A stretch of 64,000 nt of DNA from an uncultured Alphaproteobacteria bacterium (GTDB taxonomy: Bacteria > Pseudomonadota > Alphaproteobacteria > CAAHEQ01 > UBA3637). A model generated the notes under the pieces. The model was not told where the DNA came from, did no database searches, and saw only the letters and a program-made list of their open reading frames with translations. This document shows positions 48,343 through 58,260 of the stretch, in pieces. The translations under genes were made by a program, and so were the position numbers. How positions within the stretch are numbered: position 1 is the stretch's first letter; every line of letters starts with the position of its first letter. The DNA lies in assembly GCA_947627155.1 (NCBI GenBank), contig CANQUX010000005.1:13513-77512 (forward strand). The letters are read 5' to 3'.

Positions 48343-48497
48343 AAACGTACCTTTAATGCAACGCGGATTCCGGGGCAAAATTACCTTTAAAAAGCAAAAA
48401 ATCACCCTTAAAAAACAATCGAAAAATCAATGAATTCCGGCCAAAATAAATTTTTTTTGAAAAAATCAAAAAAAAGTGTTGCAAAAATCGTACGTTT
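48343..48497 (-). promoter_or_regulatory. Conserved IR-flanked leader segment of paralog C
   Basis: Arms at 48343-48362 and 48478-48497. Confidence 0.5.
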
Positions 48498-48562
48498 AAT
48501 TGAGGAAAGAGAAGCAGGGAAAATATGTTTGTTTTATTTGGTATTCGTTGGGCTACTCTCTG

Positions 48563-48902
48563 TTATTTTCGGCGGGAAGTGCTGTCCCGTGAAACGTGGG
48601 ACAGCGCGGTGTGCCGAAAATAAGAAACGGAAAGCGGCAATATTGATATTTTCTCTGATTCTCGACACATAGCAGGACGTCACTTTTCACGACGTCCCAC
48701 ACCCGCCGAGAATCAGAGAAAGGAAGCAAGGCCAACAGATAACTTTTCTCTTTCATGGTTGAAAATTGTGTTGTTAACGAACTTCCCCCTTTTGTCGGTG
48801 GGTGGAAAGTAATGAAACACTTCCTCTTTTCCTCTATCGGCGGATGTGATGCGCTGCTGAAAGGAGCGCATCGCTATGGGCCGATAGGGGGAAAGTGAGC
48901 GG
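48563..48902. repeat. GC-rich structured repeat element R, copy 2; lies between the divergent leaders of paralogs C and D
   Basis: About 93% identical to 1334..1672, with a compensatory change in the TCTCTGATT(C/T)TCG(A/G) stem. Confidence 0.6.
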
Positions 48903-48929
48903 TTTATTTTGGGAAGCGTTGCACAAATT

Positions 48930-49085
48930 AAACGTACGATTTTTGCAACACTTTTTTTTGATTTTTTCAAAAAAAATTTATTTTGGACGGAATTCATTGA
49001 TTTTTCGAGTGTTTTTTAAGGGTGAATTTTGGCAGTTTGAAGGCAAATTTTGCCCCCGAAACTGCGTTGCATTAAAGGTACGTTT
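48930..49085 (+). promoter_or_regulatory. Conserved IR-flanked leader segment of paralog D
   Basis: Arms AAACGTACGATTTTTGCAAC (48930-48949) and GTTGCATTAAAGGTACGTTT (49066-49085). Confidence 0.5.
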
Positions 49086-49121
49086 ATTTTATGCTATTCG
49101 CAGAGTGAAAGGGAGTCAAAA

Positions 49122-50669
49122 ATGACAAGACAATTCAAAAAAAATCAATTAAAACAATTTCAAAATCAAGCGCAACAAGGCCGGTCAATGGTTGAAATGC
49201 TCGGCGTACTGGCTATTATTGCTATTTTGTCAATCGGCGGGATTGTCGGCTATAAATTAGCCATGAATTATTATCAGGCCGATCAGATTGCGAATGAAAT
49301 TAACTTAATGCGTAACGATTTAAAGGTTAAATACGCTTTGGGAAATGAAGAATTGTTGCTCGGGGATCCTTATGATGATACACCAGAAAATGAACATTAC
49401 CGCGGGCATTTATCAACACAATATGATCGTTATCCCGTTGATTATGATTGCATCATCAGAGGTAATAAAGAGAGTAAAAATGAGCTTTATAATTGCCGCG
49501 AAGCAGATGCTTATTATATTGCCGTGGGGAACATTTCAAAGGGTGTTTGTAAACCGCTTACAACGCTTGTTGCCGCCATGGACGGCCGTTTGGAAATGGA
49601 TATCAATGGTTTGTCCTACACAGGAGGTGATTCATGTACCAGTGATGAAAATAATGAAATTTATGTTGAATTCGATGCGGCGGATGTAAACGGCAATTAC
49701 GATTCGGGGCGCCCAAAAGGCTGGTGTGCCAAAGATGACGATTGCGAAGGATTATCAACCCCTGTTTGCGATAAGGAAAACAATACGTGTGTGGAATGTA
49801 CGGAAAATACGCATTGCGCCTCAAATATATGTCGGAAAGATCACACTTGCGGTGAATGCACAAAAGATTCGGATTGTGTCAATCCGCGCCCGATATGCGA
49901 TACGGAATCGGCAACATGTATGAGATGTGCTGTTGACGATGAATGTCAAAGAGCCAACGTGAATAAACCTGTTTGCGACATGGGTACCGGCGCTTGTTGC
50001 GATGATCCGCTCATGACATGGAATGGCAGCGAATGCGTTTGCCCCGAAGATTATGCCAAATCGGAAACCAGTTCCGGTCAAGCTATTTGTTTACCTTATT
50101 GCGAGGAAAATAATATCGGTATTATTTTAATGACGGATACTTCCGGCTCAATGACTCTGCAAATGTTTGAAAATGCCAACAAAGCCAAAGAGGCGCTTCA
50201 TATTCCGGAAGATATTCCGTCAGCCGTTTATTGGTGTGCTGCTTGTTATGATGCACATTGTTTGAAAAACACGCCATCCGGTCCGGTAAATGAACATCTT
50301 TCTTACGGAAAACATTCTGTCAGTGAAATTCGCGCTGCTCTTCAAACAAATGTATCGGACAGGCTCAAAGTAACCGGTGATTTTGGTGGCAGTATTTATA
50401 AAATTATGGATTATTGCTCAACCATTAAAGAAAAACTCATTATTATTGTTTGGTGGGATAATCAAAAACCGGCCGATACCGGTAATGATATACCTGCATT
50501 TTCAAAATTGAAAGAAAAATGCCCCGAAACGGTTATTTATAATGTATCACCGAATGCCAAATCATTTGCAAGCGCTGATAAATCTTTTGATTTAAATGAC
50601 ATTACAACGGAATATACGGAAGTTTTAAATCAATTCATTCAAAAAGAAGGTTGTGTTGAGCGAGAATAA
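49122..50669 (+). CDS. Modular type IV pilin-like protein, paralog D (515 aa). Domains in order: prepilin N-terminus, Cys-rich repeats, C-terminal vWA-like domain
   Basis: MTRQFKKNQLKQFQNQAQQG|RSMVEMLG...; vWA MIDAS-like motif IILMTDTSGSMT. Confidence 0.8.
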   Translation: MTRQFKKNQLKQFQNQAQQGRSMVEMLGVLAIIAILSIGGIVGYKLAMNYYQADQIANEINLMRNDLKVKYALGNEELLLGDPYDDTPENEHYRGHLSTQYDRYPVDYDCIIRGNKESKNELYNCREADAYYIAVGNISKGVCKPLTTLVAAMDGRLEMDINGLSYTGGDSCTSDENNEIYVEFDAADVNGNYDSGRPKGWCAKDDDCEGLSTPVCDKENNTCVECTENTHCASNICRKDHTCGECTKDSDCVNPRPICDTESATCMRCAVDDECQRANVNKPVCDMGTGACCDDPLMTWNGSECVCPEDYAKSETSSGQAICLPYCEENNIGIILMTDTSGSMTLQMFENANKAKEALHIPEDIPSAVYWCAACYDAHCLKNTPSGPVNEHLSYGKHSVSEIRAALQTNVSDRLKVTGDFGGSIYKIMDYCSTIKEKLIIIVWWDNQKPADTGNDIPAFSKLKEKCPETVIYNVSPNAKSFASADKSFDLNDITTEYTEVLNQFIQKEGCVERE

Positions 50670-50672
50670 AAA

Positions 50673-50693
50673 AAGCGCCATCAATGCGCTTTT
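50673..50693. terminator. Short hairpin terminator between paralog D and tRNA-Ser
   Basis: AGCGC..GCGCT stem followed by a T-run. Confidence 0.4.
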
Positions 50694-50695
50694 CG

Positions 50696-50783
50696 TGGCG
50701 GAGAGTACAGGACTCGAACCTGTGCATCCTTTTAGGGGATGACGGATTAGCAATCCGCTGCATTACCGCTCTGCCAACTCTCC
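50696..50783 (-). tRNA. tRNA-Ser (anticodon GCU), class II with a long variable arm, 88 nt
   Basis: Manual cloverleaf: acceptor stem GGAGAGT/ACTCTCC, anticodon loop TTGCTAA, variable arm CATCC..GGATG, T-loop TTCGAGT. Confidence 0.85.
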
Positions 50784-50831
50784 GTATTTTTGTATTTTAC
50801 TTATTTTTTTTAAAAAGTCAATTTTTATTTC

Positions 50832-51131
50832 TTAATATGCAAATATTTTTTGTATAATCTCTACAATCTGCCGATGAATTTGATCGGGCAACAAACCGAT
50901 TTTCAGTTTTAAATCTTTTTGATTAACGGGTTGAATTAAATCCATGGCAATATAGGCTTTTTTTCCACGTAATCCGATTCCGACCCGCGTCGGTAATTGA
51001 CTGGAACTAACGGTGATAGGAGCTACCAAAGCATACGGCAATGCCTCGTTTAATTCATCGGGCGAAACAATTAAACAAGGCTTTTCAACACCTTGAAACA
51101 CACCCATATAAACTTCAAATCTTTTTACCAT
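50832..51131 (-). CDS. mazF: MazF/PemK-family toxin (mRNA interferase)
   Basis: MVKRFEVYMGVFQGVEKPCLIVSPDELNEALPYALVAPITVSS. Confidence 0.7.
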   Translation of the reverse strand: MVKRFEVYMGVFQGVEKPCLIVSPDELNEALPYALVAPITVSSSQLPTRVGIGLRGKKAYIAMDLIQPVNQKDLKLKIGLLPDQIHRQIVEIIQKIFAY

Positions 51132-51340
51132 ATCCACTCCGCTTGCCAATTTTGTTGTCCGTTTAAATCGGGATGAATTTTCTCGCGCCAATTTGCCCGA
51201 TCTTGACTTTGAGCCGTTAAAATAACGCGTTTTTGTTCAACCGTTAAATTGATTTCCGATTCAAATCCGCATTCGGCAATCACGCTTTTAGGCAATCGAA
51301 TGCCGTGTGAATTTCCTATTTTCGTGAGTTTCACAAGCAT
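51125..51340 (-). CDS. mazE: MazE/AbrB-family antitoxin
   Basis: LTKIGNSHGIRLPKSVIAE matches the SpoVT/AbrB swapped-hairpin motif. Overlaps the toxin start. Confidence 0.65.
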   Translation of the reverse strand: MLVKLTKIGNSHGIRLPKSVIAECGFESEINLTVEQKRVILTAQSQDRANWREKIHPDLNGQQNWQAEWIW

Positions 51341-52870
51341 TTATAACTCCTTTTTCAAAACATCGGCCAACACCATATATAACCGGCCGACATCGGAACC
51401 GATTAAAACACTCATCAGCAAATTGCTTTCTTCGCTTTCGCTGGCTTTTTTGGTCATACCCTCAAACTCGGACATATAACGCGCAACGGCTAAACGAAAA
51501 TCTTCATTTTGTTTATAAAATTCAATGATTTTCTTGTGTTGCGATTCACTGATCATTTTTGTAATATGCCGCATAAACACGGCTTTATCGCCGTCATAAT
51601 ATTTTTGCCATAAACCATCTTCCGATTTCGGTGTAAAAATATGAGCCATATCAACGGAGAATGACTGCAAATGATTTAAAATAACGGTAGCATCTTGCAA
51701 CAAATCGGCTTGGGCTTGTTTTTTGGCACTCGGAAACACCGTTGTTGCCTTTTGAACGGTCTCTTTAACGGCAGTTTCAATTGATTCCACATCGGTTTTA
51801 ATTGTTGTAATTGTTTTTTGAATTTTTAAAATCGTTTCTTCAAACGCGTTATTAACCAGTGATAACTCTTTCAAAGCGGCCGCAGATTTTTGAATCATAC
51901 CGTCGGCATTGTTTCCGAGCGATTCTTCCAAAACGCCGATTCGGTTGGCTGTTTGCTGAACTTCGTTATCTAACAACACCCCTTGATTTTTAAAAACAGA
52001 TAAAATCTTTTCCAAATTGGTATATAATTTTTGCGTGTGTTGCGTTAAATCGGCAGCATATTTTTGCATAACGGTTTCAATTTCTTTTCCGGATTGATCC
52101 ATATTTTGAACAAGAAGCCCGGCCGTTTTTATGGCTTCGTTTGTTCTGTTATTGGCTGTTTCCATGGCATGAGCCAAATTTTGCACGTCGCTTGTTTGAT
52201 TTTGCAACGATAATGAAACCGCCCCTATTTTCTGACGGGATTCCTCCGTTACAACCGTTAACGATTGAACCTGATCGGCGAACAGTCTTAACGTTTCTTC
52301 CGTGGCATCGTTTGCCTTTTCCGTCATCGCGGTTAAATTTTGAACATGATCGGCAATTTCACGAATGGAAGAAATGGTTTTCGTATCAACATGCTTAATT
52401 ATTTTGCTTAAATCACCGATCCATTGCTTCAAATCATCGCGTACCAACACCGTTTCCTTATTTACCTGCGCAAAAACCGAGCGAAATTCTTTTATTTGCA
52501 TGCGTAAAGCAGCAGTAAGCGATTTTGTATAATCCGTGCCGGATGGTGACATAATAATTTCATTTAACAATTCTTTCCAATAATCGGCATCAACAGACGA
52601 TTGGCCTGAATGATCAACAAAATTTGACAATAAAAACGCAATCACAATCGGCAAAAACAATCCGCAAAAACTGCCGACAAATTCGGCCGGTGACAAATCA
52701 TACCGACTGCTCCACCAACCCGAATAAAAAACGTAATCAAAAATAAACGCCAGCCAAACGGTTGAAAACAAACTGGCAACCATAAAACCTTTTTTCTCCC
52801 AAAAGGCCTGCCGATCATTATTTTCCGAAATAAAATCTTCCGGTTCTCTAATTTTTCGACGTGAATACAT
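51341..52870 (-). CDS. Hypothetical membrane protein with an extended coiled-coil
   Basis: Two N-terminal TM helices followed by heptad-rich sequence. Confidence 0.45.
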   Translation of the reverse strand: MYSRRKIREPEDFISENNDRQAFWEKKGFMVASLFSTVWLAFIFDYVFYSGWWSSRYDLSPAEFVGSFCGLFLPIVIAFLLSNFVDHSGQSSVDADYWKELLNEIIMSPSGTDYTKSLTAALRMQIKEFRSVFAQVNKETVLVRDDLKQWIGDLSKIIKHVDTKTISSIREIADHVQNLTAMTEKANDATEETLRLFADQVQSLTVVTEESRQKIGAVSLSLQNQTSDVQNLAHAMETANNRTNEAIKTAGLLVQNMDQSGKEIETVMQKYAADLTQHTQKLYTNLEKILSVFKNQGVLLDNEVQQTANRIGVLEESLGNNADGMIQKSAAALKELSLVNNAFEETILKIQKTITTIKTDVESIETAVKETVQKATTVFPSAKKQAQADLLQDATVILNHLQSFSVDMAHIFTPKSEDGLWQKYYDGDKAVFMRHITKMISESQHKKIIEFYKQNEDFRLAVARYMSEFEGMTKKASESEESNLLMSVLIGSDVGRLYMVLADVLKKEL

Positions 52871-53023
52871 TGTTATTCTCCTTTTTTAAAATTTTCTCTT
52901 CTTTTTACACCTAAATAAAACGCTCGTCAACCATTAAATGATAAAATCAACAAAAAAGTTATTACAAAATATTTATATTATATTAACAACGTTCTTTCAA
53001 GTTAAAAATTACAAAATAATTAC

Positions 53024-53860
53024 TTAAAAAACAAATTCTTCCGGATTGACAACTTCCGTTTTATCCTTTATTTGATGCGTAAACCAAGTTACCTGCCTTT
53101 TGGCATAATGACGCGTTACCCGTTGACCTGTTTCACATAATTGATGAAAATCGCATTCATGATATAAATAAGAAATAATCTGCTCAACACCGATTGCTTT
53201 CATCACACCGCCCGTGGCATGAATCTCCAACAAATGTTTTACTTCCTCTATAGCTCCGTTTTGAAGCATTTTTTCAAAACGTGAATCACATTGTTCATAC
53301 AATTTATCACGCGGCGGATTGATAAAATAAACTTTAAAATCGGCATCAATTTCTTTAATTTTAGGCTTATTTTGAAAATAAGATAACGGTTTTCCGGTGG
53401 ATAATTGAACCTCCAAAGCCCGCCGTAACCGTTGAGAATCGTGGTAAAAACAATTTTTAACCTGTTGCCGAACTTCATTAATATCCATTTGCCGCACTTT
53501 TTCCCGAACATTTAAATCAATCGGCGGAATCGGCGAAATACCGTTCATTAAAATATCAATATATAATCCCGTACCGCCGATCAAAATCGGATTTTCAATT
53601 TTTTGAATAATTTGAATCACCTTCTTTAACCAATCATATGCCGAATTTTTTTCATGAGAACCCAAATAACCGTATAAATGATGTGTAATACCGTTCATTT
53701 CACTTTCAAGCGGACGCGCGGACAAAATTTTTAAATCCTGATAAACCTGCATTGAATCGGCATTGATGATTTCTCCCTTTATTTTTTCCGCCAATCGCAG
53801 TCCGAATGACGATTTTCCGCTTGCTGTCGGTCCGACAATGATATTTATTTTTTGCTTCAT
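53024..53860 (-). CDS. miaA: tRNA dimethylallyltransferase
   Basis: P-loop IIVGPTASGKSS. Confidence 0.9.
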   Translation of the reverse strand: MKQKINIIVGPTASGKSSFGLRLAEKIKGEIINADSMQVYQDLKILSARPLESEMNGITHHLYGYLGSHEKNSAYDWLKKVIQIIQKIENPILIGGTGLYIDILMNGISPIPPIDLNVREKVRQMDINEVRQQVKNCFYHDSQRLRRALEVQLSTGKPLSYFQNKPKIKEIDADFKVYFINPPRDKLYEQCDSRFEKMLQNGAIEEVKHLLEIHATGGVMKAIGVEQIISYLYHECDFHQLCETGQRVTRHYAKRQVTWFTHQIKDKTEVVNPEEFVF

Positions 53861-53928
53861 TCAGATATAATCCTTGTTTTTTTCAAAAAAATGAATTATG
53901 ATGAGTTAAACACGAAAAGGATAACATA

Positions 53929-54456
53929 ATGTTTTATAAAAATCTACTGATATTTGCAATGATTTTATTGAGCGGTTGCGGTTTTACCCCGATGAATCGC
54001 ATCAATAACGGACAAAATATAACGACGGTTACAGAAAAAATTGCCATCGGAAACATTCCGAATCACGACGGATATCTTCTGAAAAAAGAACTGCAAAATC
54101 TGTTAAATCCGGAAAAAACGGCCGGACAGAAAGATTATTTTCTTTCTATTACATTAAAATCCCCAATCTATGAAGATCAAACCATTCAGGGCGATAATTT
54201 TGCCAGTCGGGAAACGATTACAATTCAAGCTTCTTTTCAGTTAAAAGAAATTAAAACAAAAAAAATTATTTTATCCGATTCCACAATGGCAACCGGCGCC
54301 TATAACATTGTTCATGAGCCATACGCCACACAAATGGCTCGCAATAAATTAAAAGATAATTTAATTAAAATTATTTCAAATAACATTTCCGTGCGAATCG
54401 TCTCTTTCTTAAAATCAAATGAGGAAAAAGATGAAGGCGAAACCCATACAAATTGA
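53929..54456 (+). CDS. lptE: LptE-like outer-membrane lipoprotein
   Basis: Lipobox LLSGCG; conserved position immediately upstream of holA. Confidence 0.45.
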   Translation: MFYKNLLIFAMILLSGCGFTPMNRINNGQNITTVTEKIAIGNIPNHDGYLLKKELQNLLNPEKTAGQKDYFLSITLKSPIYEDQTIQGDNFASRETITIQASFQLKEIKTKKIILSDSTMATGAYNIVHEPYATQMARNKLKDNLIKIISNNISVRIVSFLKSNEEKDEGETHTN

Positions 54457-55465
54457 GGCTTTGAGAAAACAATTAACCGAACAATATCATGTTGTTTTGT
54501 TGTTCGGATCTGATTTCGGTGTCGTGTCGGATTGTGCGGAAAAAATTATTCAAATTATTTTACCGAAAAAAGATGATTTTTCGTTAATTAAAGTTTCCAA
54601 AACACAGCTTAAAGAACATCCCTCCTTGTTAATTGATGAAGCCAATACCGTTTCTTTTTGGACCGACAGAAGAATTATTTGGCTGAAAGATGCCGATAAT
54701 AATCAAACGAATGCCGTTGAATCATTTTTGGAAAATATTCAAACCAACACTGTTTTACTTCTGACAACGGAAAATTTAATGAAAAACGCTTCTCTGCGTG
54801 TTTTATGCGAGAATCATGCCGATGCTTTGGCCATAGCCTGTTATGAAGACAGTGAAAGTGATATGCGTTTTTTAATTAAAGAATATTTAAAATCAAATAA
54901 TTATTACTGTTCAACCGAAGTGTTAGATGTTTTGGTTACCCGGTGTAACGAAAATCGACTGATTACAAAAAATGAATTGACAAAACTATTGACATATATG
55001 GGAGAAAATAAAGAAATAACCGTTTCCGATGTCGAAAACATCATTCCCGATTTAAAAAATTCAACTTTGGAAAATTTATGTTTTTGTGTGGCGGGCGGCG
55101 ATCAGAAACAAGCAGATAAAGCTACAAAAATTCTATTGGATAACAATGAAATTCCGGTCACAATCGTACGGGCTTTATCGCAATATTTTAATAAGCTTTT
55201 AATCGGAAAAGATTTATTGCTCAAAAAAACCGGCAGTGACGTGATTTTTAAAAAATTACTGCGTGCCAATCAATATATGTTTAAAGAAACGTTTTTCAAT
55301 CAACTTCAATTGTGGAATAAGGAACTTCTTTTAAAAACACTTCTTTTATTGAATGAAACGGAAGAACAAATTAAAAGTACAGGTACTCCGGCCGAAGTGG
55401 TGTTGCACAGAACAATTACTGCTATCAGCGGTTTGGCAAGAAAACTCAAAAGACAATCTTTTTAA
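54419..55465 (+). CDS. holA: DNA polymerase III delta subunit
   Basis: Expected size, and the conserved lptE-holA context. Confidence 0.65.
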   Translation: MRKKMKAKPIQIEALRKQLTEQYHVVLLFGSDFGVVSDCAEKIIQIILPKKDDFSLIKVSKTQLKEHPSLLIDEANTVSFWTDRRIIWLKDADNNQTNAVESFLENIQTNTVLLLTTENLMKNASLRVLCENHADALAIACYEDSESDMRFLIKEYLKSNNYYCSTEVLDVLVTRCNENRLITKNELTKLLTYMGENKEITVSDVENIIPDLKNSTLENLCFCVAGGDQKQADKATKILLDNNEIPVTIVRALSQYFNKLLIGKDLLLKKTGSDVIFKKLLRANQYMFKETFFNQLQLWNKELLLKTLLLLNETEEQIKSTGTPAEVVLHRTITAISGLARKLKRQSF

Positions 55466-55466
55466 G

Positions 55467-56339
55467 TTATTTTTTTAAGGCGCCGCCGACACTGATTCGT
55501 TGTAAAATAACATCTAATTGATCGGCAGATTGACAATCAATAATTACTTTTCCCGTTAATCCCGCCCAATGAATGGAAATTTTGGTATTCAACAATGCGC
55601 TGAATTGAGCTGCTAACGATTCAATATGTTTATTTTTTTCTTTTTGAACCGGTTGTGCTTTATTTTTTTGAGTTGCCAATTTTTCGGTTTGACGCACATT
55701 TAATCCCTTTTTAATAACCTCGCGAGATAGGATAACGGGATTATCGGCAGCCAATAAAGCACGCGCATGTCCGACCGTAATTTCCTTTTTTTCCAACAAT
55801 GTTTTAATTTCTTCGGGTAAATCCAATAAACGCATCATATTTGCCAAATAACTTCGGCTTTTACCGATCACACGGGATAAATCTTCCTGTTTATAATGAA
55901 ATTCTTTAATTAAACGTTTATAAGCTTCGGCTTCCTCCAACGGATTTAAATCCTCCCGTTGTAAATTTTCAATAATGGCAACTTCCAATGCTTCTTTATC
56001 GGTCAAATTTTTAACAATAACGGGAATTTTGGTTAATCCCGCCATTTTGGAAGCCCGAAATCGACGCTCTCCGGCAATAATTTCATATAAATTATTTCGA
56101 GCGCTTTTTCGCACCAATAAAGGTTGTAACACACCTTTTTCTTTAATGGAAACAACTAAATCCGCCAATGCTTCGGTGGTAAAAACACGACGCGGTTGAA
56201 AAGAACCGGCAACCAGTTCAGAAATATCTTTATATAAAACAGTATTAACGGAATCATTTTGAACAACCGGTGTTTCCTCAAACTCTTCATCTCCCATCAA
56301 TGTTTGTAAACCCCGCCCTAATCCTAAATTTTTATCCAT
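55467..56339 (-). CDS. parB: Chromosome partitioning protein ParB
   Basis: ParB box GERRFRA and an HTH. Confidence 0.9.
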   Translation of the reverse strand: MDKNLGLGRGLQTLMGDEEFEETPVVQNDSVNTVLYKDISELVAGSFQPRRVFTTEALADLVVSIKEKGVLQPLLVRKSARNNLYEIIAGERRFRASKMAGLTKIPVIVKNLTDKEALEVAIIENLQREDLNPLEEAEAYKRLIKEFHYKQEDLSRVIGKSRSYLANMMRLLDLPEEIKTLLEKKEITVGHARALLAADNPVILSREVIKKGLNVRQTEKLATQKNKAQPVQKEKNKHIESLAAQFSALLNTKISIHWAGLTGKVIIDCQSADQLDVILQRISVGGALKK

Positions 56340-57111
56340 TTAATAACTCCTTTTCTCTGTTTAAAATTTCTGCCGCCAATCGAATATAACTTTTGGCTCC
56401 CATACTTTTCACATCGTATATAATAACCGGTTTTCCATGCGACGGCGCTTCCGGAATACGAACGTTTCGGGGAATAATCGTATCATAAACATAGTCTTTA
56501 AAATAAGACTTCACATCAGCCACAATTGATTTTGATAAATTGGAACGACCGTCAAACATTGTCATGACAATTCCGTGTAATGCCAATTTTGCATTAAAGT
56601 TTTGTTGCACTTTTTGAATGGTTTTCATTAAATCGGCAACACCTTCCAAAGCTAAATATTCGCATTGAACCGGTATAATCACATAATCGGAAGCCACAAG
56701 CGCATTTAACGTTAATAAACCGACGGCGGGCGGACAATCAATAAAAACATAATCAAAATCTTTAATATCTTTTAAAGCTTTTTTCAAAAAGAATTGCGGC
56801 TTTTTTTTATCGGCCAATTCAATATCAATACCTAATAATTCTTTGCCGGAAGGCATAATATATAGTTGGGGAATTTGTGTTTCGACAATCACATCCGATA
56901 AAGAATTATGTCCCGTGATAAAGGTGTAAGAATTCAATCCTTTTTTTCTTTTAGAACCGACACTGACAGTTGCATTTCCCTGCGGATCCAAATCAATAAT
57001 CAAAACTTTCTTTCCGATAGCAGCTAAAGCCGTTGCCAAATTGACGGTTGTTGTTGTTTTTCCAACCCCTCCTTTTTGATTTGAAACTGAAAAAATACGT
57101 GGTTTAATCAT
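56332..57111 (-). CDS. parA: Chromosome partitioning ATPase ParA
   Basis: Deviant Walker A NQKGGVGKTTT; start MIKPRIF. Confidence 0.9.
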   Translation of the reverse strand: MIKPRIFSVSNQKGGVGKTTTTVNLATALAAIGKKVLIIDLDPQGNATVSVGSKRKKGLNSYTFITGHNSLSDVIVETQIPQLYIMPSGKELLGIDIELADKKKPQFFLKKALKDIKDFDYVFIDCPPAVGLLTLNALVASDYVIIPVQCEYLALEGVADLMKTIQKVQQNFNAKLALHGIVMTMFDGRSNLSKSIVADVKSYFKDYVYDTIIPRNVRIPEAPSHGKPVIIYDVKSMGAKSYIRLAAEILNREKELLNG

Positions 57112-57712
57112 TATTTTTAACCTCTGATATTTGAACAATATAACTTCCGTTAATACCGGCCGAACAGGTCGTATGAAAAGATTTTTCAATATCTTTTATT
57201 TCTTCCGATACTTTTTCTCCTTTTAATAACAAATAAACGGTCTTTTCCTTAAAAAAAGAATAACCGTATTGAAGAATACGATCAATTTGAGCAAATCCGC
57301 GTGCTGTAATCACATCGGCTTTCAACTGTTTTACATTTTCTATTCTGTCATTGACAATATGAACATTCACACCTAATTCTCGGGCAGCTTCCTGCAAAAA
57401 AACACATTTTCGACCATCACTTTCAATTAAATAAAAATCGGTTAAATTTCCCTTTAAACATTTATTTAAAACAGCTAAAACCAAAGCCGGAAAACCGCCG
57501 CCTGATCCGAAATCAACCAAAACTTTCGCATTTGTCGGTATATAAAAATAAAGTTGAGCGGAATCTAAAATATGACGTATCCATAAATTTTTAATATCAT
57601 TTTTTGAAACAAGATTCAGTGCTTTTTGCCAGCGCAAAATTATTGTTTCATATTGCTTCAAAAGTTTGACGGCCGGCTTAATTTTTTGACTTAATTGTTC
57701 CATGTGAAACAT
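57104..57712 (-). CDS. rsmG: 16S rRNA m7G527 methyltransferase RsmG (GidB)
   Basis: SAM-binding motif DFGSGGGFP; context with parAB. Confidence 0.85.
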   Translation of the reverse strand: MFHMEQLSQKIKPAVKLLKQYETIILRWQKALNLVSKNDIKNLWIRHILDSAQLYFYIPTNAKVLVDFGSGGGFPALVLAVLNKCLKGNLTDFYLIESDGRKCVFLQEAARELGVNVHIVNDRIENVKQLKADVITARGFAQIDRILQYGYSFFKEKTVYLLLKGEKVSEEIKDIEKSFHTTCSAGINGSYIVQISEVKNND

Positions 57713-57834
57713 TCCTTATAAATGCATTAACAAAACATTAACTTTTTTTTATTTTAATTGCAAGCATTATTTTTCATCTGAAAATGTTTCCCGTGAAACA
57801 TTCATAAAAAACATAAATAAAAACAATAAATTAT

Positions 57835-58260
57835 CTAAAATATAAATTTTAGACTGTTTTTATCATCACACTCTTTTTTTGAGGTTTGATTGATTAAAAG
57901 AGACTGATATTGAAGAGAATGAATCAATTTTGAACAAAACTGTTTGTCAACGTTTTGAAAAATAAGCGCAAATTTTTGATGATCAATTCCTTGAATATCC
58001 CAATTAAGCGGATTTAACGCGTATGAAAATTGTGATTTTTTAATATTTTTTTTATCCGACAACAAAGAAGCTTCCATTATTAACAAATTGATTTTATTTA
58101 TTAATTCATTCTGCTGTATCATCGTAAACCCTGTTTTTAATTGTTTGGCCGATTGAGCATTCATCTGTCCCTGAATAGCCATATTTGATAATAAATCAAT
58201 CATTTGACTCATTGCTGTTGAAGAAAATAATAAACAAGACAAAAAAATAATTTTTTTCAT
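57835..58260 (-). CDS. Hypothetical secreted protein
   Basis: Signal peptide. Confidence 0.4.
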   Translation of the reverse strand: MKKIIFLSCLLFSSTAMSQMIDLLSNMAIQGQMNAQSAKQLKTGFTMIQQNELINKINLLIMEASLLSDKKNIKKSQFSYALNPLNWDIQGIDHQKFALIFQNVDKQFCSKLIHSLQYQSLLINQTSKKECDDKNSLKFIF

